DNA from: an uncultured Bacteroidota bacterium
GTDB taxonomy: Bacteria > Bacteroidota > Ignavibacteria > Kryptoniales > JAKASW01
DNA length: 64,000 bases
NCBI GenBank assembly: GCA_963703215.1
Contig: OY969800.1
Location: 3,087,297-3,151,296, forward strand
Direction of reading: 5' to 3'
Positions 10,287-20,320 of the stretch are shown here, piece after piece; the first letter of the stretch is position 1; every line of letters begins with the position of its first letter. Under the pieces are notes generated by a model that was given only the letters and a program-made list of their open reading frames with translations, was not told the DNA's origin and made no database searches. Position numbers and translations under genes: made by a program.

Positions 10287-10652
10287 TCATCTAAATAGTT
10301 CGCTTCTCTGATCGGGCTTTCGCTCGCCGGTCATATCGCATTTTCCATCGAAAATGGCGCCCTCATCAATGACCAATTTCGACGCACGTATGTCGCCTTT
10401 TATTCTCGCCTTGCTTTCGAAGACCAATTTACTCTTCGCATTGATGTTCCCGGTGATCTTTCCACCAACCGTCACAGTCTGTGCATCGATGTTGCCAGAT
10501 ATCTCGCCATTGGATCCTATGACTAAGTCACCAGTCAGAGCTATGTCGCCAGTCACGTGTCCATCTATACGAAGGCTTCCCGAACTTGTAATCTTTCCTT
10601 CAAAGCGCGTACCTTGTGCGATGATGTTTATCTGAGATTCTTCTTTTGCCAT
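10287..10652 (-). CDS. bactofilin (polymer-forming cytoskeletal protein, DUF583)
   Basis: 121 aa. Repetitive beta-helix pattern GTRFEGKITSSGSLRIDGHVTGDI..TGDLVIG..GEISGNI...GGKITGNI..KARIKGDI typical of bactofilins. Its stop abuts the start of the AtpZ-like gene. Confidence 0.85.
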   Translation of the reverse strand: MAKEESQINIIAQGTRFEGKITSSGSLRIDGHVTGDIALTGDLVIGSNGEISGNIDAQTVTVGGKITGNINAKSKLVFESKARIKGDIRASKLVIDEGAIFDGKCDMTGERKPDQRSELFR

Positions 10653-10653
10653 T

Positions 10654-11539
10654 TTAGTTCTTCGTTAGTAAAAAATTTTCCGGGTCCAAATTCTTCCCGT
10701 TTTGCCAGAGTTCGAAGTGCAGATGCGGACCGGTGCTTGTGATACCTGTAGACCCGACTAAAGCTATCGCTTCGCCTCTCGTTACCTTCGTATCAACACT
10801 CACCAATATTCGCTCACAATGTTTGTAGACAGTCACGTAATTGTTTGCGTGTACGATTATCAGTGTATTGCCACCAGTAAGTGTCCAATCAGCAAATAGG
10901 ACCTCTCCATCGGCAGGCGCCACAATTGATTGACCTTCTTGAGCTGAAATGTCGAGTCCATAATGTTGAATCGAATAGTCGACACTCCGAGTCACAAAAC
11001 CTTGCGTCGGCATCAACAGCGGGAACAAAGATGTCGCATCACCTGGCGGAACCGGAGAAGGTGCACTCCGCGGTTCAGGAACCGCCTCGTTTAACATTTC
11101 CGGAGAATTGTCCGCCTGCTCCTCTTGAACCACTGGTTGACTTTCCGTCTGTGAAGTCTGAGGCTGAGCTTGAGTCTGGAAACCAGAGGTGTCAGAAAAG
11201 ATCCCGGTGTCACCTAGAACGCTCCGCAGTTTCAGATTATAGGAAGCAAGGTACGAAAGCTCCTGCTGGACACTTTCCACTTTCCCTTCCAACGTCCTCA
11301 CTCTCTGGAGACTGCTCTGCCTGCGTACTGAAATATTCCGGCAGAATCAACTTTCCGAGCGGTGTCTCGATCATCGCTGTCACACTTACCGCACCTACGA
11401 GTACAAATCCAAAAAGAACTAGCAACACTACTTGAAGCCGCGACGCTCTGAACGTCCTTGAAGGTTTCTCGGCGTCCGACAATACAACAAACGTCAACTT
11501 AGTTGGCGCTGTACTTCCGCGGGATGGTTTATGCTGCAT
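10654..11539 (-). CDS. M23/LytM-family metallopeptidase, reading frame interrupted (N-terminal TM part 11539-~11300 in one frame, coiled coil + catalytic domain 11301-10654 in another)
   Basis: C-terminal ORF has HYGLDISA..., VYKHC and GSTGITSTGPHLHFELW (HxxxD / HxH Zn motifs). Upstream ORF from ATG 11539 encodes KLTFVVLSDAEKPSRTFRASRLQVVLLVLFGFVLVG, the usual N-terminal membrane anchor of these proteins. The two frames overlap at 11240-11346. Confidence 0.8.
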
Positions 11540-11681
11540 TTCAACAAAAAGTAATATAGAGACGAGCCTCCAGAATGTCAATGAACTAAGCTTGGATGCG
11601 GCGAATCGCCAAGCATGGGATTCTTCTTTTGACTTTTCAAGCCCGGCTCTTAACTTTTGAGCAAATGGTGATGGAGCAGTC

Positions 11682-13349
11682 ATGAAAATCTCTGGAACAA
11701 AGATGGAACGGACGGCGGCTTTCCTTCGAAACGAAAAGACGCTCAAAGAATCTGTTAGCAAGTTACAACTGCTGGTCGAACAGGTAAAAAACGGTGGAGG
11801 TAACGAAGCCGCAAAACGGCAGAAGGACCGCGGAAAGATGTTGGCCCGAGAACGTATCAGCCACCTCGTCGATGAAGGAACACGCTTTAGAGAAATCGGA
11901 ACGCTTGCGGCGTTCGGATGCTACGAAGAGCATGGCGGAGCACCATCTGCGGGAATTGTAATTGGTCTCGGAAGAATTCATGGCCGTCTCGTCGTTATTG
12001 TTGCAAACGATTCCACCGTCAAAGCTGGCGCTTACTTCCCTCTTACGATCAAGAAAAACCTTAGGGCACAGGAAATAGCAATTCAAAATAAGATCCCAAT
12101 CGTCTACCTCGTCGATTCCGCAGGGGTTTTCCTGCCAATGCAGTCGGAGATTTTTCCTGATAGAGATGACTTTGGAAGAATATTTTACAACAATGCGACA
12201 TTGAGCTCACTAGGGGTTCCTCAGATCGCGGCTATTATGGGACCCTGCGTCGCCGGAGGAGCTTATCTTCCTATCATGAGTGATGAATCGATTATCGTCG
12301 AAGGAACAGGAAGCGTTTTCCTCGCGGGGCCCCATCTCGTGAAAGCCGCGATCGGTGAAGAAACAGATATTGAAAAGTTGGGCGGAGCTGAAACTCACTC
12401 CACTATATCAGGGATAACAGATTACAAAGTAAAATCGGACTCCGACGCCTTAAAGTTAATCCGCGACTTAATTTCTCGTCTTGGCGCGACAGAAAAGGCT
12501 GGTTTCGACAGGGCAAAATCGCGTCCACCAAAATTTGACCCGAAAGAAATTTATGGAATAATTCCAGCAGAAAGGTCAAAACCTTACGACATGCATGAAA
12601 TTATTGCGCGGATTGTCGACGACAGCGAAATTGATGAGTACAAAGCAACTTATGGTAAATCATTGATTTGTGCTTATGCAAGAGTCGAGGGTTGGTCAGC
12701 AGGCATTGTCGCCAATCAACGAACAACAGTGATGTCTAAAAAACCGGACGACTCGAACGAGATGCAGATCGGCGGCGTGATTTACTCCGATGCGGCCGAC
12801 AAAGGCGCTAGGTTCATCATGAATTGTAACCAAAAGCGGATACCTCTCGTATTTTTCCAGGATGTTACGGGTTTCATGGTCGGAACGCGAGCTGAAAGAG
12901 GCGGAATAATTAAAGATGGCGCAAAGATGGTGAATGCAGTCTCCAATTCAACAGTGCCAAAATTTACGTTCATAATTGGAAACAGCTTCGGCGCTGGAAA
13001 TTACGCAATGTGCGGTAAAGCCTACGACCCTCGTTTAATATCGGCATGGCCTTCTGCTAGGATCGCCGTGATGGGCGGTGAGCAGGCAAGTCAAACTCTT
13101 CTCAGCATTCGCCTCCAACAGCTGAAGCGGAATGCCGCAAATATTTCAGAACAAGATCAGGCAAAGCTTCTAAATGAAATAAAGAAACGCTATGACAATG
13201 AGACGAACCCAACTTATGCTGCCGCAAGGTTGTGGGTTGACGAGATAATTGACCCAATAGAGACACGGGAGATAATTTCGCTCGGCATTGAAATGGCAAA
13301 CAGCAATCCGGAAATCTCAAAATTTGATGTAGGCGTTATACAGACTTGA
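11682..13349 (+). CDS. acyl-CoA carboxylase carboxyltransferase (beta) subunit, methylcrotonoyl/propionyl-CoA carboxylase beta family
   Basis: 555 aa with two crotonase-like CT halves. Motifs KMLARERISHLVDEG, IVANDSTVKAGAY, GPCVAGGAYLP, FFQDVTGFMVG, AARLWVDEIIDP. Confidence 0.88.
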   Translation: MKISGTKMERTAAFLRNEKTLKESVSKLQLLVEQVKNGGGNEAAKRQKDRGKMLARERISHLVDEGTRFREIGTLAAFGCYEEHGGAPSAGIVIGLGRIHGRLVVIVANDSTVKAGAYFPLTIKKNLRAQEIAIQNKIPIVYLVDSAGVFLPMQSEIFPDRDDFGRIFYNNATLSSLGVPQIAAIMGPCVAGGAYLPIMSDESIIVEGTGSVFLAGPHLVKAAIGEETDIEKLGGAETHSTISGITDYKVKSDSDALKLIRDLISRLGATEKAGFDRAKSRPPKFDPKEIYGIIPAERSKPYDMHEIIARIVDDSEIDEYKATYGKSLICAYARVEGWSAGIVANQRTTVMSKKPDDSNEMQIGGVIYSDAADKGARFIMNCNQKRIPLVFFQDVTGFMVGTRAERGGIIKDGAKMVNAVSNSTVPKFTFIIGNSFGAGNYAMCGKAYDPRLISAWPSARIAVMGGEQASQTLLSIRLQQLKRNAANISEQDQAKLLNEIKKRYDNETNPTYAAARLWVDEIIDPIETREIISLGIEMANSNPEISKFDVGVIQT

Positions 13350-14014
13350 AATCAATTCTCTTACGCATCATCCTTTCCCTTTCCCTTGTTGCCTCATTTG
13401 CACAAAGCGTCCACGCACAATTCGATCTCATTAGAAAATTCCTGGAGCCAGATGTGGTTCAGGTAACGGAAAAGCTCCGCCAATATATTAGAAACGATTT
13501 ACCGGCGGTAAGTCATAACCGCGATGAAGAGCTGAGGCATATCGACATGATCTTCGCGAAAGGGATGGAACTATCAAACAACGATTTGGGTACTGGTCTT
13601 CTTGCAATTTCATTGGCAGTTTTGAACCGGACAAATTTCGAACCGACTTTCCCGCTAATCGGAAGAGTAAAACTTCCTTTACCATCCGAAGATTCAGCTA
13701 ACGCACGAGCTCGGATAGACAAGTTGCCGAGATTTTTTTTTAAGGACTCACCGCAGGACAAATGGGGTGACAGCCCAAAGTTAGTGCATTTTTTTGGATC
13801 GGCTTATCTCACTTATGAAACTGGAACAAAGAAACTTCCAGACGCGATAGGAGTTTGGATCGAAGAAGGGGAATCGACATTCAAATTGGATTCCCTCGGT
13901 CAACAAAGAGACATATTCATAAACCGGCTCGGGCAGCAGTTTGAAAATGCGCTCGGCGAGGGGCGCGAAGTACTGCCATCAGACTATTTGAACGCGGAAT
14001 TTCTTAAGAAATAA
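13346..14014 (+). CDS. hypothetical secreted protein
   Basis: TTG start overlapping the upstream stop (cTTGA). Signal peptide MKSILLRIILSLSLVASFAQSVHAQ. I recognise no family. Confidence 0.6.
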   Translation: MKSILLRIILSLSLVASFAQSVHAQFDLIRKFLEPDVVQVTEKLRQYIRNDLPAVSHNRDEELRHIDMIFAKGMELSNNDLGTGLLAISLAVLNRTNFEPTFPLIGRVKLPLPSEDSANARARIDKLPRFFFKDSPQDKWGDSPKLVHFFGSAYLTYETGTKKLPDAIGVWIEEGESTFKLDSLGQQRDIFINRLGQQFENALGEGREVLPSDYLNAEFLKK

Positions 14015-14689
14015 TTTTCTTGAGTAACTCGAGGTCCTGCAAAGTCGTCAACTTGAAATTCAAATGCTGAGGCTCGACGACAAATGCTCTTACACCAATT
14101 CTTTCAGTCAGCATGATTTCATCGGTTATATCGGAAAGGCTTCCGACGCTTTCGTATCCCTTTGACAAGAATTTTGAAAGCATGACTTGCGGTGTTTGCG
14201 CTCCATAAACATTTGATCGATCTATCGTTTTCTGGGAGAAGCCGTTGGCATCGACCAGCTTCAGCGTGTCCTTGATCTTCGCCGCAAGAAACGCAGCTCC
14301 ATATTTCCATCCTGCATTTATGACTGACTCTAGATCGATTTTTGCCAATAATGGACGGGCCGCATCATGGATGCAAATAAGATCATCTTCGGTGACATAA
14401 CGATAGAGAATTTCAAATGCATTGCGAACCGAAATCGCCCTATTTTCTCCGCCTTCGACTATCTCGACTAATTCATCTATTTCCATTCCCTGGGTAATCT
14501 CGCGATAAATCGGGATTGTGGATTTCGGAACCGCAAGACAGATTTTCTCAACGTTCTCAAGTCTGCAGAAGATGCTCAGAATTCTGGCTATGACCGTTTG
14601 GCCACCGATTTCTATCAGCGGCTTCGAGAAACCCCCAGACGAGTCCCGGCACCTGCGGCCGGGATGATCACGCCTATTCTTTTTTTCAT
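14004..14689 (-). CDS. ispD: 2-C-methyl-D-erythritol 4-phosphate cytidylyltransferase, interrupted by a 1-nt frame change
   Basis: ATG 14689 gives MKKRIGVIIPAAGAGTRLG (IspD P-loop-like motif), then a stop after 7 more codons. Adding one G to the G5 run (plus-strand C5 14632-14636) gives GGFSKPLIEIGGQTVIARIL... in frame with ORF 14004-14486 (IHDAARPLL, AQTPQ motifs). Confidence 0.85.
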
Positions 14690-15727
14690 TTATAAGATGA
14701 ACATCGCATCCCCGTAACTGTAAAAGCGGTATCCGTCTTTGATTGCCTTCTTGTAAGCCCGCATCATCAATTCATGTCCCGTGAAAGCGCTGACGAGCAT
14801 TATGAGTGTCGTTTCTGGAAGATGAAAGTTTGTTACGAGATGATCCACTACCTTGAAGTCGTACGGAGGATAGATGAATTTGTCAGTCCATCCTCTTCCC
14901 GCCTTGACATGCCTGTCGGTAGTTACGTTAGATTCCAATACACGAACGACCGAGGTTCCAATGGCGAATACTTTCTTCCTCGAATCGATCGATTGGTTGA
15001 TAGCTTTCGCCGTTTCGGGCGGCACCTCATAGAACTCAGAATCCATTCTATGTTTTGTCAAGTCTTCAACGTCGACAGTTCTGAATGTTCCTATCCCAAT
15101 ATGAAGAGTCACAGGAAGAATTTTTACGCCCTTCTTCTCTAGTTTTGTAAACAGTCGTGGCGAAAAATGAAGTCCCGCAGTCGGCGCAGCAACTGCACCG
15201 ACAACACGAGCGTATATTGTCTGATAATCTTCCTTGTCTTTGTCGGTCGGTTCCCTCTTGATGTAGTGCGGGAGCGGCATCTGGCCAATCTTATCGAGTA
15301 TCTTATAAATGTCGCCTTTGTAATTGAACTTTATCGTTCTGCCTCGACTTGTGGTATTGTCGATTACTTCCGCATAGATCTTTTCATCTTCAAAATAGAT
15401 TTTGTTCCCGATCCTGACTTTTCTCGCCGGCTCGACCACAACGTCCCAGATTCCTTCCTCGTGGTTCAATTCTCTCAGTAGCAAAACTTCAATTTTCGCG
15501 TTCGTTTTTTCTTTTCTTCCCAACAGTCGAGCGGGAAAAACTTTCGTTTCGTTTACGACAAGTGAATCACCTTTTTGAAAATAATCAGCGATCTCGTAAA
15601 AACTTTTATCCTCGATCTGCTGAGCCTTCCTGTCAACCACCATCATTCTTGAATGATCCCGTGGCTGTGCTGGAGTCTTGGCAATTAGGTTGCGAGGAAC
15701 CGGATATTTAAAATCGGCTAGTTTCAT
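14690..15727 (-). CDS. queA: tRNA preQ1(34) S-adenosylmethionine ribosyltransferase-isomerase
   Basis: 345 aa. MKLADFKYPVPRNLIAKTPAQPRDHSRMMVV N-terminus, GAVAAPTAGLHF and HELMMRAYKKAI...YRFYSYGDAMFI C-terminus are canonical QueA. Confidence 0.95.
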   Translation of the reverse strand: MKLADFKYPVPRNLIAKTPAQPRDHSRMMVVDRKAQQIEDKSFYEIADYFQKGDSLVVNETKVFPARLLGRKEKTNAKIEVLLLRELNHEEGIWDVVVEPARKVRIGNKIYFEDEKIYAEVIDNTTSRGRTIKFNYKGDIYKILDKIGQMPLPHYIKREPTDKDKEDYQTIYARVVGAVAAPTAGLHFSPRLFTKLEKKGVKILPVTLHIGIGTFRTVDVEDLTKHRMDSEFYEVPPETAKAINQSIDSRKKVFAIGTSVVRVLESNVTTDRHVKAGRGWTDKFIYPPYDFKVVDHLVTNFHLPETTLIMLVSAFTGHELMMRAYKKAIKDGYRFYSYGDAMFIL

Positions 15728-15759
15728 AACTTCATAATCCCTTTATTTTGTGTTTAGAA

Positions 15760-15791
15760 ATGTCCCGGTAGGAAAAAGCCTATCGGGACAT
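15760..15791 (-). terminator. 13-bp hairpin between ppdK stop and queA start (possible terminator/attenuator)
   Basis: 15760-15772 pairs with 15779-15791 (ATGTCCCGGTAGG / CCTATCGGGACAT, one G-U), 6-nt loop. On the minus strand it is followed only by TTCT, so the U-tract is weak. Confidence 0.4.
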
Positions 15792-15802
15792 GGGACTACG
15801 TT

Positions 15803-18580
15803 TTATCTCTTGGTCTTCTTTGTTGATTTGGAAGCTGGCTTCTTGATCGACTTGGCCGCTGGCTTCGTTGGATATGTTAAAGCCGCGCGCGCTGCCGCCA
15901 ATCTCGCGATCGGCACTCTGAACGGTGAGCAGCTAACATAATTCAGTCCAATCATGTGACAGAATTCGACAGACGACGGCTCACCACCGTGTTCGCCGCA
16001 GATGCCGATTTTCAAATCGGATTTCACCGATCGGCCCTTCTCTTTAGCGAGCTTCATCAACTGACCAACGCCGTCGCGATCCAGTACTTCAAATGGATCT
16101 TTTGCATATATCTCCATCTTGGTGTACGGAATCAAGAAGCGAGCCGCGTCGTCGCGGCTGACTCCGAGCGTGGTCTGGGTCAAATCGTTGGTGCCAAAAC
16201 TGAAGAACTCAGCGACTTTGGCAATCTCATCGGCAGTCAATGCGCCGCGTGGAATTTCAATCATCGTTCCAACGTGGTATTCGAACTTCACGCCTTTTTC
16301 CTTCATCACATCTTCAGCGGCTTGCCTGACGATCTTAGCCTGACCTTCGAGCTCCTTCACATTGCCGACAAGAGGAATCATGACCTCAGGCTCCACCTTC
16401 GTGCCCTTTTGTTGCACGTTTGCTGCCGCTTCGAAGATGGCACGGCTCTGCATCTCAGTTATTTCCGGATAAATAATTCCGAGTCTGCAGCCACGGAAAC
16501 CGAGCATCGGGTTGAACTCATGGAGGTCTTCGACACGCTGGTGAACTTTTTCATAACTGATTCCCATCTGAGCAGCTAATTCACGCTGTGCTTTCTCTTC
16601 ATGCGGAAGAAATTCGTGGAGAGGCGGATCTAGAGTTCTGATCGTGACGGGTCTTCCCTTCATCGCCTCGAAGATTCCTTCGAAGTCAGCGCGCTGCAGC
16701 GGAAGAAGTTTTGCGAGAGCCTTCTTGCGTACATCCAGAGTATCTGCGAGAATCATCTCACGCATCGGGCCGATCTTTCCTTCGCCAAAGAACATGTGTT
16801 CCGTCCGACATAGACCGATTCCTTCTGCGCCAAAAGCAACAGCGTTGGATGCCTGATCAGGCTGGTCGGCATTTGTCCGAATCTTCAAAGTCCTGTATTT
16901 GTCCGCCCACTTCATGACTTTTTCAAACTGCTGATATATCGGGGCGTCTTTGGGATCCAAAGTCTTGTCGACGAGAACCTGCAAGACTTCCGAAGGTTTT
17001 GTGGCAACTTTGCCTTGGATTACTTCGCCGGTTGCTCCGTCGATTGACAGCCAGTCACCTTCTTTGATGACTTTTCCATTAACGTGCATCGTGTGGGTGG
17101 AGTAATCAATTTCCAGAGCCGAGCATCCTGCTACGCACACTTTTCCCATCTGGCGCGCTACAAGAGCGGCATGGGAAGTCATTCCGCCCCTTGCCGTTAA
17201 AATTCCGACGGCGGCGTCCATTCCTCGGATGTCTTCGGGAGAAGTCTCGATGCGAGTGAGGATAACTTGCTCACCACGTTTGTTCCACTCTTCTGCGTCC
17301 GGTGCGTTGAAGACAACTCGACCGGTAGCTGCGCCCGGGCCGGCGTTCAATCCTTTCGCAAGCAATCTATTGTCTTTAACCGCTGCGCCCTTTTCTTTTA
17401 AATCAAATACCGGTCTTAGAAGTTGATTTAGCTGATCAGGTTCGATTCTGCCAAGAGCCTCTTTCTCGGTAATCAACTTTTCATCGACCATATCGACTGC
17501 GATTTTAATCGCAGCAAAAGCGGTCCTCTTGCCTACCCGGCATTGAAGCATGTAAAGTTTACCCTCTTGAATCGTGAACTCAATATCGTTCATGTCACGA
17601 TAATGTTTCTCGAGTGTCTTGCGGATCTTCTCAAGCTGGTTATAGACCTTCGCATTTTCTTGAGCGAGTTTCGAAATGGGAATCGGCGTGCGAATTCCTG
17701 CAACAACATCTTCGCCTTGAGCATTCATCAAATACTCGCCGTAGAAAATGTTGGCCCCGGTTGCCGCATCTCTCGTAAAGGCGACACCAGTTCCGGAGGT
17801 TTCGCCCATATTTCCGAACACCATGGCCATGACATTGACCGCTGTTCCCCATGCTTCGGGGATGTCATACATTTTCCTATATGCAATTGCACGGTCGTTA
17901 TTCCACGAACCGAAAACCGCTCCGATTGACCCCCACAACTGGTCCAACGGATTCTCCGGGAAATCACGCCCGGTCTCTTCCTTGATGGCTTTCTTGAACT
18001 GATTCACTAAATCCTTCAGATCGTCCGCAGTGAGTTCTGTATCCTGATGAACACCCTTCTCTTTCTTCTTACGCTCGATAATTGCTTCGAACGGATCGAT
18101 CTCGTCCTTGTGAGTCGGCTTCAAACCGAGAACAACGTCGCCATACATCTGGACAAATCTTCTGTATGCATCGTAGGCAAAACGCGGACTATTGGTCTTT
18201 TTTGCAAGGCCTTCAACGACTGCATCGTTTATTCCGAGATTAAGAATCGTATCCATCATACCCGGCATCGATGCGCGCGCGCCCGATCTGACGGAGACGA
18301 GAAGCGGGTTGACCTTGTCGCCGAATTTCATTCCCGTAGAAGATTCAATGCGCTTCAAAGCCTTGAGGACTTCGTCCTTCAATGATTTCGGATAGGTCTT
18401 CTTCTTCGCATAATAATACGTACAAACCTCAGTGGTGATAGTAAATCCCGGAGGGACCGGCAAACCTATGTTTGTCATTTCCGCAAGATTTGCCCCCTTT
18501 CCACCGAGGAGATTTTTCATTTCTGCCTTTCCATCGGCTTTTCCATTGCCGAAGAAATAGACATATTTCGTCTTACTCAT
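15803..18580 (-). CDS. ppdK: pyruvate, phosphate dikinase
   Basis: Start moved to ATG 18580 ([15 protein letters not shown] 7 nt upstream). Phosphohistidine motif [18 protein letters not shown]-utilising TIM domain ([18 protein letters not shown]). Carries an extra Lys-rich C-terminal tail. Confidence 0.95.
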   Translation of the reverse strand: MSKTKYVYFFGNGKADGKAEMKNLLGGKGANLAEMTNIGLPVPPGFTITTEVCTYYYAKKKTYPKSLKDEVLKALKRIESSTGMKFGDKVNPLLVSVRSGARASMPGMMDTILNLGINDAVVEGLAKKTNSPRFAYDAYRRFVQMYGDVVLGLKPTHKDEIDPFEAIIERKKKEKGVHQDTELTADDLKDLVNQFKKAIKEETGRDFPENPLDQLWGSIGAVFGSWNNDRAIAYRKMYDIPEAWGTAVNVMAMVFGNMGETSGTGVAFTRDAATGANIFYGEYLMNAQGEDVVAGIRTPIPISKLAQENAKVYNQLEKIRKTLEKHYRDMNDIEFTIQEGKLYMLQCRVGKRTAFAAIKIAVDMVDEKLITEKEALGRIEPDQLNQLLRPVFDLKEKGAAVKDNRLLAKGLNAGPGAATGRVVFNAPDAEEWNKRGEQVILTRIETSPEDIRGMDAAVGILTARGGMTSHAALVARQMGKVCVAGCSALEIDYSTHTMHVNGKVIKEGDWLSIDGATGEVIQGKVATKPSEVLQVLVDKTLDPKDAPIYQQFEKVMKWADKYRTLKIRTNADQPDQASNAVAFGAEGIGLCRTEHMFFGEGKIGPMREMILADTLDVRKKALAKLLPLQRADFEGIFEAMKGRPVTIRTLDPPLHEFLPHEEKAQRELAAQMGISYEKVHQRVEDLHEFNPMLGFRGCRLGIIYPEITEMQSRAIFEAAANVQQKGTKVEPEVMIPLVGNVKELEGQAKIVRQAAEDVMKEKGVKFEYHVGTMIEIPRGALTADEIAKVAEFFSFGTNDLTQTTLGVSRDDAARFLIPYTKMEIYAKDPFEVLDRDGVGQLMKLAKEKGRSVKSDLKIGICGEHGGEPSSVEFCHMIGLNYVSCSPFRVPIARLAAARAALTYPTKPAAKSIKKPASKSTKKTKR

Positions 18581-19278
18581 TTTGTAACCTCCATTGAACA
18601 TTATTTTCTAAGTTGTGACTTTTCTCTAAATAAGAACTAAACAGATCAAGGGCGCCCCTTGAAAAAAGATTATCAAAATCCATCCTCTCAGGGTGCCACT
18701 GAACGGCAAAGATCTTTGTGCCATTATTGCTTTCAATAGCTTCAACTGTTCCATCATCGGCGCGAGCAGCCACCTTCAAGCCATTGCCGATCCTGTCAGC
18801 CGCCTGATGATGAGAACTATTCACTGTTCCAGTTTCAAGCTTTATGAATATCTTCAAATTGGAATCCTCAACTAATTTGATTCCATGAAATCTGTCTTTG
18901 TCATCCGAAACAGCTTTGTGATTTCTCTTACAAAATTTTTCCAAATCAATGATCAGTGTCCCGCCAAAAAAAACATTGAGAATTTGCAGACCGCGGCAGA
19001 TTCCTAAAACCGGGATTTCCTTTTTCAACGCGAGCTCGATCATTCTATACTCAGCGCCGTCTCTCTCTGAATCGACATGGACGGTTTCATCGGGCCAATC
19101 ACCATAGAGTTCCCGGTGCAACGTCGACTCCACCTGTCAGGACGAGGCCATCGCACTTCTCAAGTTCTTCAACCTTGTTCTTTGTAAGCACTACAACTTC
19201 AGAACCCTGAATTCGCTTCAGGTACTTCTCGTAGTTAATATCTTTTTCACCGCAGTCTGATATCCCGATTTTAAGCAT
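18573..19278 (-). CDS. class-I glutamine amidotransferase / peptidase C26 (gamma-glutamyl hydrolase-like), interrupted by a 1-nt frame change
   Basis: ORF 18573-19133 has [11 protein letters not shown] (nucleophile Cys) and VQWHPE (His). ATG 19278 opens [11 protein letters not shown]...[14 protein letters not shown] in another frame. Removing one G from GGG (plus-strand CCC 19112-19114) gives [16 protein letters not shown]. Confidence 0.75.
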
Positions 19279-20320
19279 TTGCTGTTCCGAAAATTCTTGT
19301 CAGCACATTTTCGATATGCTCCTCGCCAAAGTTGACCATTCCTTTCTCGCGCAACGCGTAAATGCGCTTGACTTCATCTTTCTCGGCTAATTCTTCGTCA
19401 AGAAAAATCCTCGCGGCGTCCTTCGATGTCGTAATCGCAATCAGATCTTCCTCACCACCGAAAATCTCGTCAAGATCATATTCGTCAAACCAATAATGGT
19501 CTCGAAAAAGTTTTCTATTCTTTATCCTGGCATTGAGGCTTTCAATTCCATGAAAGAATTGTTCGGGATTTGCAATTCCAGAAAATGCGGCGATCGTTTT
19601 CCCTGCTATCATTTCAAGCGGATGACTCTGTCCGTCATGATCGACAAGATCACAAGGCAAAAAACTGATTCCCGCCAACGGAATACTCTGGTAATCTTTG
19701 ACGAAGTCCTTCCCGGGGATATTCCAATCACCGTGAGAAGTGAGAACGATAATGTCAGCCTGGCTTATCCTTGATTTAGAGTCGCGCAAATTTCCTGCAG
19801 GCAAATAATTATCTTCAAGATCCTCAAGTGAACTTCTTACTAGAACGAAATCCACATCCCGATGCAATTCTCTATTTTGAGACCCGTCGTCCAAGATAAA
19901 AACGTCTACGTCAAACTTCTGAAGCACCGCAAGACCCGCTTGATGTCGATCTTTCTGGACTGCTACCGGAACATTTGGAAAGTTGTGAGATATCAGCGCC
20001 GGTTCATCTCCGAGCATCCTGACATCCGCTTCAAGTCCCTTTTCAGGACAAGAAACGACAAGCTCGTTCGTCATCCGCTTGTAGCCGCGCGACAGGACGG
20101 CGGGCATTTTCGCAAGCGACAAAACTTTTTCAATTAGATACATGACAAACGGAGTTTTGCCAGATCCGCCAACCGAGATATTTCCAACCGAAATGACCGG
20201 GAGCGGCAGCCTCTTGATCTTAAAGAGATGATTATCGTAGCCGAAATTTCTCAAAGAAATTATTCCACCGTACAACATGCTAAAGGGGAGCAATATGTTT
20301 CTGGCGCCGCCCGCCATCAA
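19271..20320 (-). CDS. lpxK: tetraacyldisaccharide 4'-kinase
   Basis: 349 aa. P-loop ISVGNISVGGSGKTP and SRGYKR motif typical of LpxK. Adjacent to lpxB. Confidence 0.9.
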   Translation of the reverse strand: MMAGGARNILLPFSMLYGGIISLRNFGYDNHLFKIKRLPLPVISVGNISVGGSGKTPFVMYLIEKVLSLAKMPAVLSRGYKRMTNELVVSCPEKGLEADVRMLGDEPALISHNFPNVPVAVQKDRHQAGLAVLQKFDVDVFILDDGSQNRELHRDVDFVLVRSSLEDLEDNYLPAGNLRDSKSRISQADIIVLTSHGDWNIPGKDFVKDYQSIPLAGISFLPCDLVDHDGQSHPLEMIAGKTIAAFSGIANPEQFFHGIESLNARIKNRKLFRDHYWFDEYDLDEIFGGEEDLIAITTSKDAARIFLDEELAEKDEVKRIYALREKGMVNFGEEHIENVLTRIFGTANA

